Of a stretch of DNA of 55,258 nt, positions 11,126 to 26,100 are shown one piece after another; the first letter of the stretch is position 1; each line of letters starts with the position of its first letter. Source of the DNA: Catajapyx aquilonaris (lineage: Eukaryota). A program made the translations under genes and the position numbers. The stretch lies in assembly GCA_000934665.2 (NCBI GenBank), contig KZ538139.1, positions 62,001 through 117,258 on the forward strand. Direction: 5' to 3'. The notes under the pieces are model-generated. The model did no database searches. It worked only from the letters and a program-made list of their open reading frames with translations, and was not told the origin of the DNA.

Positions 11126-14100
11126 CTGCGGGGATTTGGACAGGACGTTAGCCATTGGGGGCGGACATATGGGCGGCCATGCTTCAGGAAGCCAAACATT
11201 CATTCAAGGCTTGCGTTATCGCCAGGTGGGAATCAAAATATATTCCCTCCCGCTCTGTCGGCTCTAGGAGGGAATAGAGTGCTGGCTCACTCTTTTTTGA
11301 TTCCCATCTGGTGTCAGTGATAAGTATCACTCTTTACGTCTCTCAGCATAACACTCAATAATATTAAAAAGGAGATGCCGTCTGGTACTAAAAGAAATGA
11401 AATCAGAATTAATAAATTTATCATTTCAGATCCCTCGGAACATGCTGCTGATGAATATGAAACGCAGGCGGTATGGATTGTGGACTCAAAATTTGTGAAT
11501 AATTACTGTACAACAATTATTAAGGATAGAAAATTTGATGTTTCATTTTCATCGGCGAATCAAACAAACTTACGAGAATAACAGGTATCCGGCCAATCAG
11601 TTGATTTTTAACTCCAATATTAATGTCCTTCAATAAAATTTGTATGCAGGAAATGTTATTTATGATTGGATTTAAGCATATTTATTTTGCCTCGATTGCT
11701 GGATGTTGAAAGTAGGTTGTTAATAATGTACTTTCGATCCAGTTATTATTTCCATATTTTCTGGTCCGCAACGACCAGCACTGGTATATTATACATCAAT
11801 TATCCGGATGCCTGTCAGCATTTATTAAACCAGTAACGTAACATAGGTACCTTTAATAATATACTAAAATGCAATTACATGCAAGTTACTATACATGTAC
11901 CTTTCGAGCCAAATTATAGCTTGCTAATAATGCCTACTCTATGTTCAACGAAAGGTATACGTATGAAGAGTCACACCTTACCAGTTTAGGCCACACGTCG
12001 AGCAAGGTGATCACCTCCTACTTAGTTACAATACTACTGTTACACATTGTTTCAATTCATTACGTGTGTCATTTTGTACGGTTTAAATTTTAGTAATGTG
12101 TAATAACAAATTATTGACAGTAATTTATCAGGCCGCATCTTTTAAATATTTTTGATGAGGGTCACATTGTGTGGAATTATTTGCATTCCGATGCAAATTC
12201 TCTCAAACAATGGAAAATTTTGATGCATCCAATATTGATTCTGCAAATCATTGGTCTAGGACATGTTGAGCATAACTGTGCCCGAGTACAAACCGGTGGC
12301 TTATGTGGCATTACCGACAGATATTCCAATTGCGTGGATAATCATCAGTTGCACTGCGTGACAATGAAATTAATTATCATCAATTCCAGACTGAAAATGC
12401 TGGGGGAAGTTGGGGACTTTCCATAACTGGGGCATATGAACATTATGGCCTATTAATGCATCCACATATCCCTGCTTGTAATTAGAGCTCGATTATCACG
12501 GTACCATACCAGCCCAATTACGTTGTCATGATGTAGCAATCAGTCGGTTTGTAATCTACTATATCCCGTTGTCAATCTGCTGAAAGTTCAAATGCACAGC
12601 TCTATTAATATTTTGAATTTTAAACCTGGTAGCCGCTATTTAGTGACCTTGGCTGGAATTTTAGTCCCGCACTGCTAGTTACTGCTAACTTAGCAGTATT
12701 GTCAGTGGTACAGTGCTGGACATTAATTCCGTCATACTGCTAGCGACATTTTCCGTTGCGTCTGACGTGCAAATCGAGCCGTGCGAGTAAGAAATGGTAG
12801 CCCTTGGGTGACGTCACGGGCGGGGGACAAGCCTTTTCTCCGTTGCCCCCCCCCCCCCGCCGGTGACGTCACTCAAGGCCTACCTCTTCTTACTCGCATA
12901 GTTGGCAGTGTTGGCAGATTCTGTTCCATTCGCCTAGGGAGGCTACAGCCTCTCGAAGCATATTGAAACTTTTATAGCACTGTCTCTTTACAAAACACCG
13001 TGACCTACCCTACACGTATGAATGTCTTTTCGTAGCAAGTGTTGCAGGTAGAATTCAGAGGCAAGGAGCACAATAATGTAATGATGACGAAGGGGAAATG
13101 GGATTCTTGGGGATCGAAGGTGGAGGTTTTGAACCCGGTTGGAAACGTAACGGTAGCCATTTGAGGCAGGAAATGAAAGTCTATCTAGCACCGAAAGATG
13201 AAGAGAGGTGTACGGGCGATGTAATTCGTCGGACGAGCCTTGTCACAATGACGTCTTCAAACCCGGGCAGAATTTGATATGCCAGGTACATCGTACTTAA
13301 CCGTTTTCATCTTTAAATGAGATTCGTCATTGCGAAAACTTGCTTCCTTCAAACTTTTGTCTAAAACGCGAATAAAGTTCTTTTTAATATTCAACGTTCT
13401 GCGGGACATTTTTATTGAAGTGAGGAGACGTGACTCACATAATCGAGTCCTACTTTTTTTTTGTCTCTCCACCGATCTAGTTCCAGTTCTACGAATAAAA
13501 TGAAAGCGCTTGAACTCTAGGCCCGGGGGAGGAGAGCATGTAGCTACCTTACGGGCAAGTTTAATTGCTCAGGCTAATGGGTAAGTACGTACGACGACCT
13601 CTTTTCTTGTGGGACAAAAAAAAGCAGCGAACGGTGCTTGAGCAATCTAATTACTGGGAAGGCCTTAAAATCACCCAATTGCACCCTAACCATTACAGGC
13701 TTATTCGTGGATAGGGATTTTTTTTTGCGCTAAATTGCGCGGTTTCTTTGACTCAATTCGGTGATGCCAACTGTTGGTGAAGAGTCAGAACTGTTGGTGA
13801 CGGCCCAAATAAAAGCCGCAGGATTACAACTTGTGACAGGTTTTTCTGTCCAACCTGCACGATTGCAGTTGATGACACAGGCCTGGTTTTGATCGGGTCG
13901 TGTGTATAAAACCACTTGTTAGGCCACGGTTGTTGTGTTGGAAAATCGAATCATAAGATGGGACAGTTTTTAGGCGATAGTGTCCGTCCTTTCCAGGCCG
14001 ATAAAACGCTGTCATTTCCCCGTTTCCGTAGGATAATTGAAGTTAATTTGCACAGGGACGCATTGTCTGATTTGGTCTAAAAATGGTTTTATTCATGTTC

Positions 14101-17100
14101 TAGGTCAGGTGTAACCCCAGGTATGCAGCAGACCATGAAGTAGAGCAAAGTGCAAACTTCTGGAAGTCGTTAATCGTTTTGCGTAATATCGATTTAAAGG
14201 TCAAGCGGTGACAAATAAACATCGGTTGATAAAGTAACGGTCTGGGCTTTAAAAAAAATATATGGGGCTAAAACTACTGGCACCGAATTCCACGAGTTAA
14301 ATGAGTTAAGTTCTGGGTCGGTCTCGCGGGAAAAGTTACGAGGATGTTACCTCAGAGAAGTAATTGCACCTCGGACTAGTTACTAACGCTGTGATATACT
14401 GCGCTGCATTCCAACAGGTATCATCTGAAAAGAGAACAACAGCAGCCTAGTAAATTCGCAGAATTGCAGTACATTCCTGATAAGGACTTATGAACTCTCA
14501 TTTCGAGTGGATTTTTTTGATCCATCCAATATGCGTTGACCCTGAGTAGTTTCTTCTGAGGCATTCTTCTCCTTGGGTTTGATCATTCGTCTTATATCGT
14601 CTCCTCGCTGGCCACTCGCCAATTTGGCTGGCTGAGAAAAGAAAAGAACTGGGAAGAAAGCCCATTCGCTTCACTCGTAACTTAAGCATCTTAAGCATTG
14701 CTAATAACATGCGGTCTGGTCTGTCAGTTGCGGCTTTGATGATTACATCTGAACGATTCGGCTGTTATTAGTATGTGGCAAAACATGTCGAATGTCATAA
14801 TCCAGTTATCAGCTAATGACCGTGATTATGGTTTCTCCCGTCAGTCACCTGCAAACATCGCAGAGCAGCCATATTTTAGCCTAAACGAATTCAGCTGATA
14901 TAATACATGGACCGCGTTTTGCAAGTAATTGCCCGTAAACTTACAACCAGTCCTGGTCATAAAAATTAGAGGGCACCAACTAAATTTTTGACCAGACCAG
15001 TTTGATGATGTCCGTCAGCCAATCTGCGCAGTTATGACCGCCCGTTAAAGGCATTATTGTGAGCCGCAGATCAACTACGAACTCAATTTGGATGATGTCC
15101 ACATGATGACGGAAAACTAGGGCCTTGAAGGCAAATATTTTGGGCTCAACCTAACCTAACCTAACCTAGCCTAACCCGGTGCCTTCAAAAACCGGCTCGT
15201 AAATTCGGCCTATTAGGGGTAGGTCCTGAATAGTGTTTTCGTAGAATGTACCATCTGATAGTGCTATCTGGATGTTCCGGAGGGGTTGTACCAGGTCATC
15301 TGTGCCCTCCGCCCCCAGTGTCGCGCTCCAATAAACGTATGGGGGGAAATCAAATGACACTTGCCAGTTCTAAGTGCGACAAGCGGGTATGTGCAGCCTG
15401 GCGTTGAATGATCAAAGAGGTTGTCTGCCTGTGTTTGGACTCAAACGAATTTTACACCCGCCTCGTTTTTTTCGCCCTCTATTTTGTATTGACTTTTGTA
15501 ACCCCCCTCTGTAATTATGTAACGGTTTGGTGCCTCCCCTTGATTCGAGCGGGTAAGTTTGAAATTTTATTACGCAGATTGCCCAGGCGCGAGGCGAGTA
15601 TCCGCAAGCAGGTATAAAATCACATTAATAAAGCATGCGGCGTTAATTAACGACGCGAACTGCATCCAAATTGATTTCAATTTGGGAAGTGGGGTTGGTA
15701 CTATTCTGTACTTTGGGAAGGGACTTCATTTTTGGCCTATTGATTCGTAGGTTTTGTCAACCGCCATGTTGACAAAACTCAAATGTTCTTGCAATATGCG
15801 GCTGTGCATGTGACATTTTGGCAGTTGACTACGACGAACTAATATCAGATGTTGTAGAGGATGAACTATTTCGTTTATGAGCCAGGTAATATACAGAAGG
15901 AGGAAGGAGAGAACGCTTCCTTCTGACACCAATAAACTAATGGTTCTAGGGTAAGATTATTGCTTCGCTAAGTACGCACAAAGCCCTAAGGTTTCCTTGT
16001 ACTTTGTCAAAAGTACGAAGTTGGTGGGGTAAAGGCGTGCATATTCAATCGATATAGGGAAATGGGCCTGCCTTTCTCTGCATCTTTCTTAGCATACCCA
16101 TTTTCACTACTCTCTGGTCAGGACAAAAGGGGAGGAAGATCCTCCCAAAAGTTGTCCACAAGGGGAAAGGGGGTGTGGATTGATTTTTTTTTCGTCTTCT
16201 TCTTCCTTTTTCCTTTTTTCCTTCTCTGAGGGATTACTTCCCTCCTTCTTTGAACCTCAGACGATGCAGCTGCTTTGTTGCTGCGAGGAAGGAAACAGGC
16301 CCATTCCTCTTTGCCTCGACGCTTCGGGATGGAACAGATCGATTCCGGCTGATTGCCATCAATGGAACTTTACGTGATTACCTCTGCTCAACATTTTATC
16401 AATTTTGTGGGCGGCCCGTGTAATCCGTGAGGTTTGTAATGCTCATTGCAGAAGTGGTGTCTTCTTAATAGGCTATAATGCCGCTTTAATTAAAGAACCA
16501 GGAGGCCTGAAAAGGATGTCTTCTGGAGAAAAATGGGAATTGGGATTAGTTTCGAGAAGAAATCTGGAAGAAATCTGGAAATCTGGAAACCAAGCTTAAC
16601 CCTGATGGATTCTAACATATGCTGCTGATCGTGCTGTTTTCTACGGTAAGTTTAATTTTAAATATAAAAATGCAAACCAATGTAGCTCTGTATAAACCCT
16701 AATTGAGGAGGGCAGGAGGGAGTCTACCAGTGAGTAAGGTGCTGGTGTGGTGGGTTGGATTCCACAGGCAAAGAGAGAATCAAAAAAGAGTAGAAAAAGT
16801 AGTAAGTATATACGGAGGAGGATGGATGCGTCATTACCTGTTTGACCTCGATCTTGTGGCTATAAACGTAGACTACGCGGTCACGGCCAGGACTGCAGGA
16901 CGCCAGGAGGGGGATGGTCTTCACAGTCATGCAGGCCAATGGGCATGCACACAGAGCAAGATGGCCGGTAGTGAACGCCATGCATGTGATATGTATCATT
17001 TTGTAAATTGGTTATTATTATTATTTTTGGTCAGCAGATCATCAGTAGCATCATTCGTCAGTCAGCAGCAGCATCAGCAGCAGCGGCAGCAGCGCCAGCG

Positions 17101-20100
17101 GCAAGAACAGTGTTGGTGGTGGTTTTGGTTGGTGGGCGGTGGTTGTGGTGGGCGGGCGGTGGTTGAATGTGGTGGGCGGTGGTACGTGGTGGTAGTTGGA
17201 TGGAGACACACAGACAGACGGTGCAAGTACCATCAAGGGATGGAAAGCAGAGAAGAGGGAAGAAGCAAGTCAAAACGAGGCCTCAACGAGGCAAGTCCCG
17301 TCTACCCCCGCCTCGGGTGCTGGCTCGGCCCCGTCTTCATCGCAGCAGCTCCTCTCCACTGCCATGAACTGGGGCCGAGCGCCAGCCAACTGGAACGAAT
17401 CAGGCACACAGACACTACTACTCATCAGCAGCAGTCTGCCCAGCCTCCATTGCATTGGAGGGGCTCTCTTCCATTGTGCAATACTCTCTATACTGATGGC
17501 TGCCCTGCAAAACTTCCGAACAACCCCCCCAAGCAAGCGACACACCAGCTGGAAAGACACCCTCTGAAGGTCACTTATATTGCCAACGGCAATTGCTACT
17601 CTTCCAGACAATCAGCGACTTTCACGGGGGGGCTCCAGGTGGTGTGCGGATTCATCTGAGAGAGCGATTCCCATTACTAGAGTGGTGTCTGTTAAGAGAG
17701 CCTGCAGTTTCTGTTGTTGCCAAGGTTACATATCTATAAACTATAGAGGGTCTTTCTGGAGATTGATTGGGGGGCGTTTGTAGCCTTCTACCTCTTTCTG
17801 GATGGCTCCCCCAGTTGTCTTTATGGAGCGTTTTGTGTTCCTGGGCATCTCTTAATTGAGGATGTGGACGAGAAGCCCAGGGAAAAAGTGCTCGAGAAAC
17901 CCTTATTTGGGCTGCTTGTCCACGCTGGAAATGGCATCCTTGCCTACTTCCTACACCACTCCACTACCGTACTTCTATAGAGGTGGGCCTACTTGCTCTT
18001 TATCTACTCATAGTCTCATACAGTCTATTGTATGATTGGAAAGCTGTGACCTTTTGGCGCCAAGTCTATAGTACCGGATGGATCTTGGGCCAGATCAACG
18101 TGAAAGCACTGGAGTGAGGAACAAAAACACTAAGACTAGTTTTGCTGCAGGCTGCTCGGAGCAAAGGAGCAAAGCCCTACTGAATAAATGTCAGAGGAAA
18201 TGCTTTGGTAATACTCACGGAGAGTGGGAATTGTGGGGTGCCGAAACAGAGATATGCATCAAGATTAGAGGTTGAAATCGTCCGATGCGTGCTACGTCCA
18301 TAATCAGAAGGCACATCACGAAAGGGAGAACCCAAAACAATCGAATGCATCAGACGACAGCGTGAGTTTGTTGTTGAGAATGTGTGAGAAGTTTGTTTAT
18401 ATGACAATGTCTAGACAGTGTAGTTTTGGCAGATGTACCAGTTTGATTTCGTGTCTTTTTGGAAATGGGTGAGCAGCTCTCGAAAGAGTGCATTGACTTG
18501 CTGCTGCCAATTTACTAGGTTATTTACGCAACTATTTTTAAATTGATATTGCCTTCTTAACCGCCAGCAGGAAGAATGCATTGAGGTGCAGAAAGGGTTA
18601 TGGCGTAAAACATTTTAAATAGAGTGAGCCTCTCTAATATTTTTCACTGGCACGCGACTTTGCCTCTGCCAAGACCAGCAGCCTTTGAGAAATGTAGTCC
18701 AAAATGTAAGATTTGGAACCAATGACTCCAAGCACACATTAACACACGCCTTATTTACTTTACCAATTAGATGTGACGTTTTTAGTGTCATTGGTTTATT
18801 TAAGGGTTTAGCACCACAGTAGAAACCATAGTTCCCACTTTAAATTTAACAAAGGTTGTTATTCGAAAGTTAAGTCACGGGAAGAGCCTAATTTTATCAA
18901 ATCAGATTTTGTTACCGCATAAAATGTTCTGCAAAGATCTGCTCTGATTCTAAACCCTTTAGTCGTACATTCCCCCTGCATTTTCTAAAACCAACATGTC
19001 AGTGTCTTATCAGAACAAGTGTACACCTGTAACGACAGAAGCAGCAGCGTTAAAGTCCCTGATTCTGCGAAGTATATCTGGAAGTGTGAAATGATCACCA
19101 GAGAGATTTATTCACGGTAGAGACCCATGCCACCTTTGATCATCAGACTGCAACAACTCGAGTGGTCAACAGCTTTCCTTCGACGGGTAAGCGAACCACA
19201 AACTGTAGAGGCGGGTGTGATATTACGTTGCAAAAAAATAAAACCTTGGCAACAATACCAGAGAAAAGATATTGGATGTGTGGGGGGTAAACAAAAAGGC
19301 AGTACCAGAGGATTAGTCGAGGCGTAAGAACTAATCTACAGCTGAAAGATTTCCATTGGGGGAGGGGGGGGGGGGGGANTGATATAAAAATAAAGAATGG
19401 TCGGGGCGGGGGTTGGGGGTAAGCAGAACACTTAAGCTACTGTCAATGAGAAAAGAAAACAGATATACAGTACGACTAGTGGATTAAATCCGTCCTGTGG
19501 GGCTAATCCTGGAAATGAAGTCGAAGGGGATTTGTCGTATAGTGTATAAGAGAAGCACAGCAAGTAACACACACTCATGAACTTGTCACCACTGGAAAAA
19601 GACGTGCAATTTGTGTGAACTAAGCGGTGAAAAAGTACACCTAGTAAGTGCTTTCTCGACAAAAGAGTGGACACATTATTGTGGTGTGCACATGTGACCA
19701 TTGTAGGGAAGTAGATTTTTAACTTTTGCGATTGATTGTGTCAACTACTCTATTGGGGTGTCTATCAGACTTGTCCTGAACTTGTCTGTTTGATGCCTTT
19801 CCAGCGAGTATTGAGTAACGTACCGCCGGTTATTGTCTTTTATCAACCGGCGATGGGCAAGTTTTTATACTTGTTTCAATATAAGCAAAGTGCAGCCATT
19901 GAGTCATGATGTCGTATGTGTGAAGTTACAGTGTGTCGAATCATTGTAGCCTTGCCGAATTAATTTCATTCAGCAGGGATTATGCTTTAGTAAATAATTT
20001 CTGGTGATATTGTTATGAAAGACTAATGTATTTTAAAAATTAATAGCAAAGCACGACGTCAATATTGTACTAAGACGATGCATAATCAACATAAATTGCG

Positions 20101-23100
20101 GACTAAATCTCAAATGAGCAATGAGACATTTGAAATGACTAAGCTTCATTACAGTATAATTAGAGTCAAAATAGAATCCTTCTCATTCTGATGTTATGTA
20201 ATGTTATGTATAACTTTTCAATCATGCTTTGTTTCTGATTTGCGCAATGGAACTGCCAACAGGCATACAGTATGTCCAGAAACTTCCCATTTTGAACAGG
20301 GTTACTTTCAAGCTGCACTGTAGATATTCCTATAATAATCAAATTACTGTGTGCCTGTGGGGTTATGCCAACCTTCTTGCATTGCTTACCTTCAAAAATG
20401 CGATCTAACTGTAAGACGAATCATATTAAATAAATCCCCTGTAGCTCATGGCTGTACTTTGAAGATATCCGGAATGTAAACTTGGCTTGCCTATGTATAG
20501 CTTTTCAAGCGAGTGTATGAGGAGTGTCGTTTGGTCCCCATGTTGTCCTATTGGGCACACAAACGTACAGGAAAAAGAGACAAGGAGCAACGGTACGAAT
20601 AGGTGACACAAGTGGCTCAACAAGTGACAGTGAGGGTGTCGGTGAAGGTGTACATATCAAAGAATAAAGTGATAACAACCGTGTACAGTAATGAACCAGA
20701 AGGAGAAAGAGGAAAAACTTTCTTATCCTGGGACATGACTGGATACAAGCATGTGAAGTGGCTGCAAGTGCTGGAAGGAAAAGCCGTGTGAAGTGGAAAA
20801 AAAAGGGCCATAAGTGCGCTGGTATTGGCTGGTTCGTGATTTTATACACATAGCCTCGTATTAAGCAATGAATAATGTGCCGTCCAATAATTGTAAAAGT
20901 GATTAAATTTTTAAAGAGTGACGAAAGTGTACTCACGCTTTCCATACGTTCATGGGCATTTTAATCTCAATTGGTGCTGACTTTTAAAGCGGAAACGTGT
21001 GCATGTGGTAGCGGAAGTTAGTTTAACGCCCATGTGCTGGCGCCACTGTGGCAAACCAGCATGGCCTTAGTTGTGCTTGATTAGTGCTCGGGGATTTACC
21101 ACTTGACCTAATTGGCTGCCACTACCCAATCGAAACAATTGCGACTGACCCCATGTGCCTATTTTACTACGTACATATGAAGTGTCCTGCAGTAACCGGG
21201 TTAAAGAGTCGAGCAAAATGTGTACGGGTCGTACACATGCAAGGTCCGCGTATGGTGTGCCAGCGGCCCGCTTTTTATTAGGACGGGATAAAAGCTTTAC
21301 GAGGCTCTGCGTCAAAATTCAGGCGAGGCGTCCGCCTATCACCCGTTCCAGGTTTTTACTGGCGCCATTTTCCAGCCTCGTCCCTCCAATTTGAAGCTCG
21401 TTAGCCTTCAAAGCTAATTAGGCCTAGGCGCTTTCAAAGGAGCCCAGCCAGACCTGGGCGTAACGTACACCGTCGAAGGAACCTCCTGAGCATGTTCACA
21501 ACCTCAGCCCTGCCGGCGTCTCACTTTTCACTGCATTGCCGTACCCACCTTTAACCCCTTCTCTGGATGCTCAGGTACCCATTTGCTCCTGGCGTTGAGT
21601 TATAAATACTTATGTTATCTTAAAAAATAAATGCAGTGACTGTTGTACTAAGCTACCGTTAAATATTTGCATTGTTGGCCCTTACCAGTGGCGAATGGGG
21701 CAAGGGAAACAATGTAGGCCCCGCGAGCAGTGTACCTTCTGCGCGAAGTTACTGCGCATCTCGCCCGTTTACACGAGGCCGCTGCTATTCTTATTTGGAA
21801 TTAAATGCTATACATGTGGACGAATCCCCTCCCTGAGAATACCTTTGGAAATGCCTATGCCATATTAGCTATGTCCAAGCGACATTATGCCCTTTTTTTC
21901 CACCCATGACTGGTAGTTCTTATTTGCTCCACACGAAAATTAGGGGGTGGGGAGTAGTTATAAGATCATGTTAATAATGTGCAAAAAGGGGGAATGCAAC
22001 AATTGGATATAAAAAAGGTGCTTTATCTGGGCTCCCTTCTTACCCTAGACTTTTTAAATATCCATTTATCAGCATAGGACACTATGGAACAGCGACGAAT
22101 AATGGCCATCCTTGCTTCACTTTCAATTTTCTCCCTAAAAAAATCCAAACGGACAGGGCGTTAAGATATTTTTGAGTGTTCAGGTCAGGACTCATTTAAC
22201 AGTCGCTTCGCACCTGTAAATTGGATTATTTTGGGACCGGGAGAAAAGGGAGAGTGAGTAGAGTCAAAAGTGACGTGTTTGCTTTGTTACGAGTAAACAC
22301 AGTGTCTTCCATCAACGTGATGACATAGTGGGAGATAACATGTTAAACGGATTTATCATACGTTTGATGAAACTAATTAAGCGGCTATGTTTGCCCACTT
22401 AAATTTTATTCCGGGACTATATGACTTGTTAGAACTCATGAAGTGATTTAGGTTCTGTTTAGTATGTAATATCAATTTAATATTAAGTGATTTTCAACCT
22501 CCCATCATGTTTTCACTCATCAATACAGGGTAAGGGACAAGTTAAGAGTAGTAGACGACTAAAAGTGAGAGAGAGAACGTTAATTTCCAACAAGAGAGGT
22601 GATCAGCACTAAAGTGGTTACCTGGTAGCGCTGACCGCAGCATCGTCCGCAGCATAACTGCATTAAGCGCGATCCTCCTCCTCGTCCGCCGACAGAAGGA
22701 TTCGGACTCGGAGGTGGGGACGGAGTTCCGGGCCTCTTTGGAGCCCCATTATACGGAACTTCCATCTCCACAAACTCCCGATCCTGCAATGAAAGACCAG
22801 GTTTTAGAAAGAGCTTTTTTTTAAAAAAAATCACCGCTGCAGGCGAAAAACCGGCCATACCGCGGGACCGAAAATCAGACCTGACGCAACGAAATGGCGA
22901 CCGGGCTTCTGGAACTGATCTGCATAGATATAAGCTGGGTCTAACGTGTACACTCTCAGCCAGTTTAATTGCCAAGGGAAATAAAGTGTTCCTTGTTAGC
23001 CTAGGCAAACATGTCGCTTGGATTGCTCACACTTCCCTTTGCATTATTCAGTGTTGCCTCGTATATGTTACTCTCTTTCCACATTAGGTGCTCGGAAGAG

Positions 23101-26100
23101 ATGTAGACAAAACCTAGATACTCAGGCGCCGTTGCCTTGCTGCGGTAGATAAAACCCTACCCACACAGTTCTAGACAAAAGGAATTTATAATGTACGGGT
23201 TTTTACACGGAAATGGCTGCTTTATTACTTTTTAACTCACTTTGTGCACACTGGTCGCCGGTGATTTTGCGTATCCTGCGTCATGTACCGATAGAATATC
23301 GGAATTAAGCAGCATGTGCCATCTGCTGATTTCCTTCCCAGGTGTATTTCAATAACCTGTGTGTTATGATACTCCACATCTAATGCCGACCTTAGTGTAC
23401 GGTGTTGAGACCCCCTAGTCAGTGCGGCGTCACAATGACGTGAATGCGGTTTTGGGGAGGCTGGGAACCGGCTTTACCCGGACCCCCATGAGGGCGGTAT
23501 TTGATTTTCTCAGCGAGCTCGTTATTGTTTCGCAGTAGGATGCTGATGTGATTTTCCACTTCTGATAGCCTCATGCGGCTTAGGCCTACTTTATTTCCAT
23601 AACGGGAGAGAGGGGGGGTTTTCGGAATCGCATAGCCCTTACCACTCATAAGCACCGGATTAGAGCGTTTTCGTTGCATTGTCCAAGCTTGTGGGGTGTA
23701 AAGCTTATGGGATGGTCGACATTTTCTGTGGGAAAGACGATGCCAGCATTTCATGTTTACTCACAGTACCACTCTAGGTGGCACTGCTGTCAGTGGGTCA
23801 AATTTGTTTATTTGCTGTATTTATGAGTGGAGAGTAAACAAACTCGTGCCGATGCAGTCAGTACAGTGGGAACATTTGTCTGGGTTTGTTTGATTTACCA
23901 CACAAGCTTTCAGTTCATGACCATACCGGCCTAGATTGGATGTTTTATGACAAGTGGGAACAACTGGAGTGCCTATTTGCATGGGAATTTGCGCGATGGA
24001 AGCCAAATGACACCTACTCAAGAGCCGTTTTGCTTTTTTTCTTTTTTCATTTTTTTTAAATAAAAAGACTCTTGTTTGCATGAGATTCGACATTCTCAAA
24101 ATGCGGGTAATTAATTGAATCACTTATTTGCAACTGCGATGATAGAATTTGTCACCTGATCTAATCGCCGGTGTGCCTATAATAATAGCGAATGTCCATT
24201 GACTTGTGATTTGAGTTGCCTTTCGTGATACCTTTCAGAAGCGTAGAATTGGATCAATGTTGCAACTTGTACTTTGATAGAGTAAGGTCAGTTCTGTCAT
24301 AGAGTATGCACAAAGGCAATTGAATAATTTACTGCATATGCCAGAATTGAAAGACAGCTTGGCTGCTAGGTCTAGTCGTACAACAACAATAATAGCATAT
24401 TCTGGAGCCATAGATCAGAAGATGAATTGAGTCTTACGCATGAAAAATGTGTGAGGCAGCAACACCATGTGACAAAGGCGATAGTTTACACTGAAATGTT
24501 TGACCAGTTTCAGTGCTATCTATTAAAGCTCTATCGAGATACGTTTTAACATAACCCATATCTAAATATATACAAAACTGAAGCTGTCCCACACGTGTAC
24601 GTGCTAATAATAACACACTTCAATATTGATTCCGGAGACATACTAATTAAACGCAGCATAGCATTTTGCCCTGGAGACCTTGTCCTTGCATTTAGAGCGG
24701 GGCCATAGACGAGAAGAGCATTTAGCATCATGAATTTCCCATGGACGCCCCCCACCCCTCCCCCATAGGCCCATAGCCCTGGGCATGGCGGCGGAATTTC
24801 CAACAAGCCATAGCCGGGAACGAGCTGATAGCTTTTGGGCACTTCCATGCCCCCCCCNCCCCCCCCCGCTCGTGTCTGTGTGTACACGATATATTTTACT
24901 CACATGGCTGGGAATGCTTTTCGTCACTGGGAAAATTTCGTGGATCATTTCGAGGGCTGCTATTGATGGAAAGTGTTAGTCGTTTGAAGTTGGCAGTAAC
25001 CAAATTTGCAAATTTTTGTAATTTAAATATTCTGTATGATTTCACTTATATGGGTCATCTAAATGCGTCAGAAACTGCAAAGTTGAATCTCCCAGGGAAT
25101 AGCAAAGGTTAACGTAGCCTTTGGAGTACACACTTCCTGGCTTCTCAAGGGAGATGGGCTTATGTTAGGTAACACTTCAGGAGGAAAGTCGGGTCGAGGT
25201 CACTTTTATTGCTCCCGAATGCCTAGTTACACTTCACAAGTTGCAATGCATATTATTGCTACCCCTTGGCTACTCCAGTATACGGAGTTTTGGAGAGTGT
25301 TGTTCAAGGGGGGAAAAGTCTGATGGCTGCTAATTGCATTTTTAATATTTGTAGATTTTCAGGATAATCAGGATCAGTAGACTCAGATTTCAAGTGTGGT
25401 GTTTAGATTGCATAACCTGGCCTGTGCAATGCTTATTGATGAGGCTATTGGCAGCAGTTCATTTCAACATGTAGAGTTTGCACTATTTTGAAATTAAAAC
25501 TGCCGAAATATGAGCAGCTAACTGCCTGCAAAATTTCCAATTACTAATGCATAATCTAGTGTTAAATGACTTTATACAGGGTGTCCCTAAAGTTCGAACT
25601 TTCAGGCATATTTCAAAATATATTTTGTGATTACCTCTCTAATAAAAGCAACTACAGGATGACTTAAACAGATAAAGTCCTAAAAACTGTATGCCCAGTA
25701 AAAGGCTTGACACTACAATTTACTTGAGACTCTTGTTCGCTGGGTTGCATCATGCCAGGATGAAACAAAGCGGAGGTGGGAGGGTACTATGGGGCTCAAA
25801 TGGTTTTGGCCACTTTATCCTGGTCTTAAAGCAACCCTTCGCACAGGCCCTACGTTGAGCAGGTGTGTGTGTGAAGGGTTGCTTCTAGATCAGGATAAAG
25901 TGGCCAAAACAATTTGAGCCCCACAGTACCTTTACTGCCGTGTAAGTTTGTACCATAAACTGGACATCCCAGCTGCATCTCTCACCATTTTGACCCAGAT
26001 ATGACCCCAACCCTGCTGAGATTCTACCCCTATCCCCTGTCGCCCTTCTTCCTTCCAACTACTTTACCCCTCTACCTCCCCTAAACTAAACCCCTTCATT

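Noticed and set aside
10570..11320. Several overlapping ORFs on both strands
   Set aside because: Shadows of the GC-rich distal Shal exon.
16703..17659. 318-aa + strand ORF as a nested gene
   Set aside because: TTG start, low-complexity Q/G/W content from CAG and GGT repeats; it is the antisense of the proximal Shal last exon and its UTR.
24438..24490. Cassette exon after EKTT, at the position of the Kv4.3 long insert
   Set aside because: It has AG/GT borders but is 53 nt, which frameshifts, and shows no Kv4 similarity.
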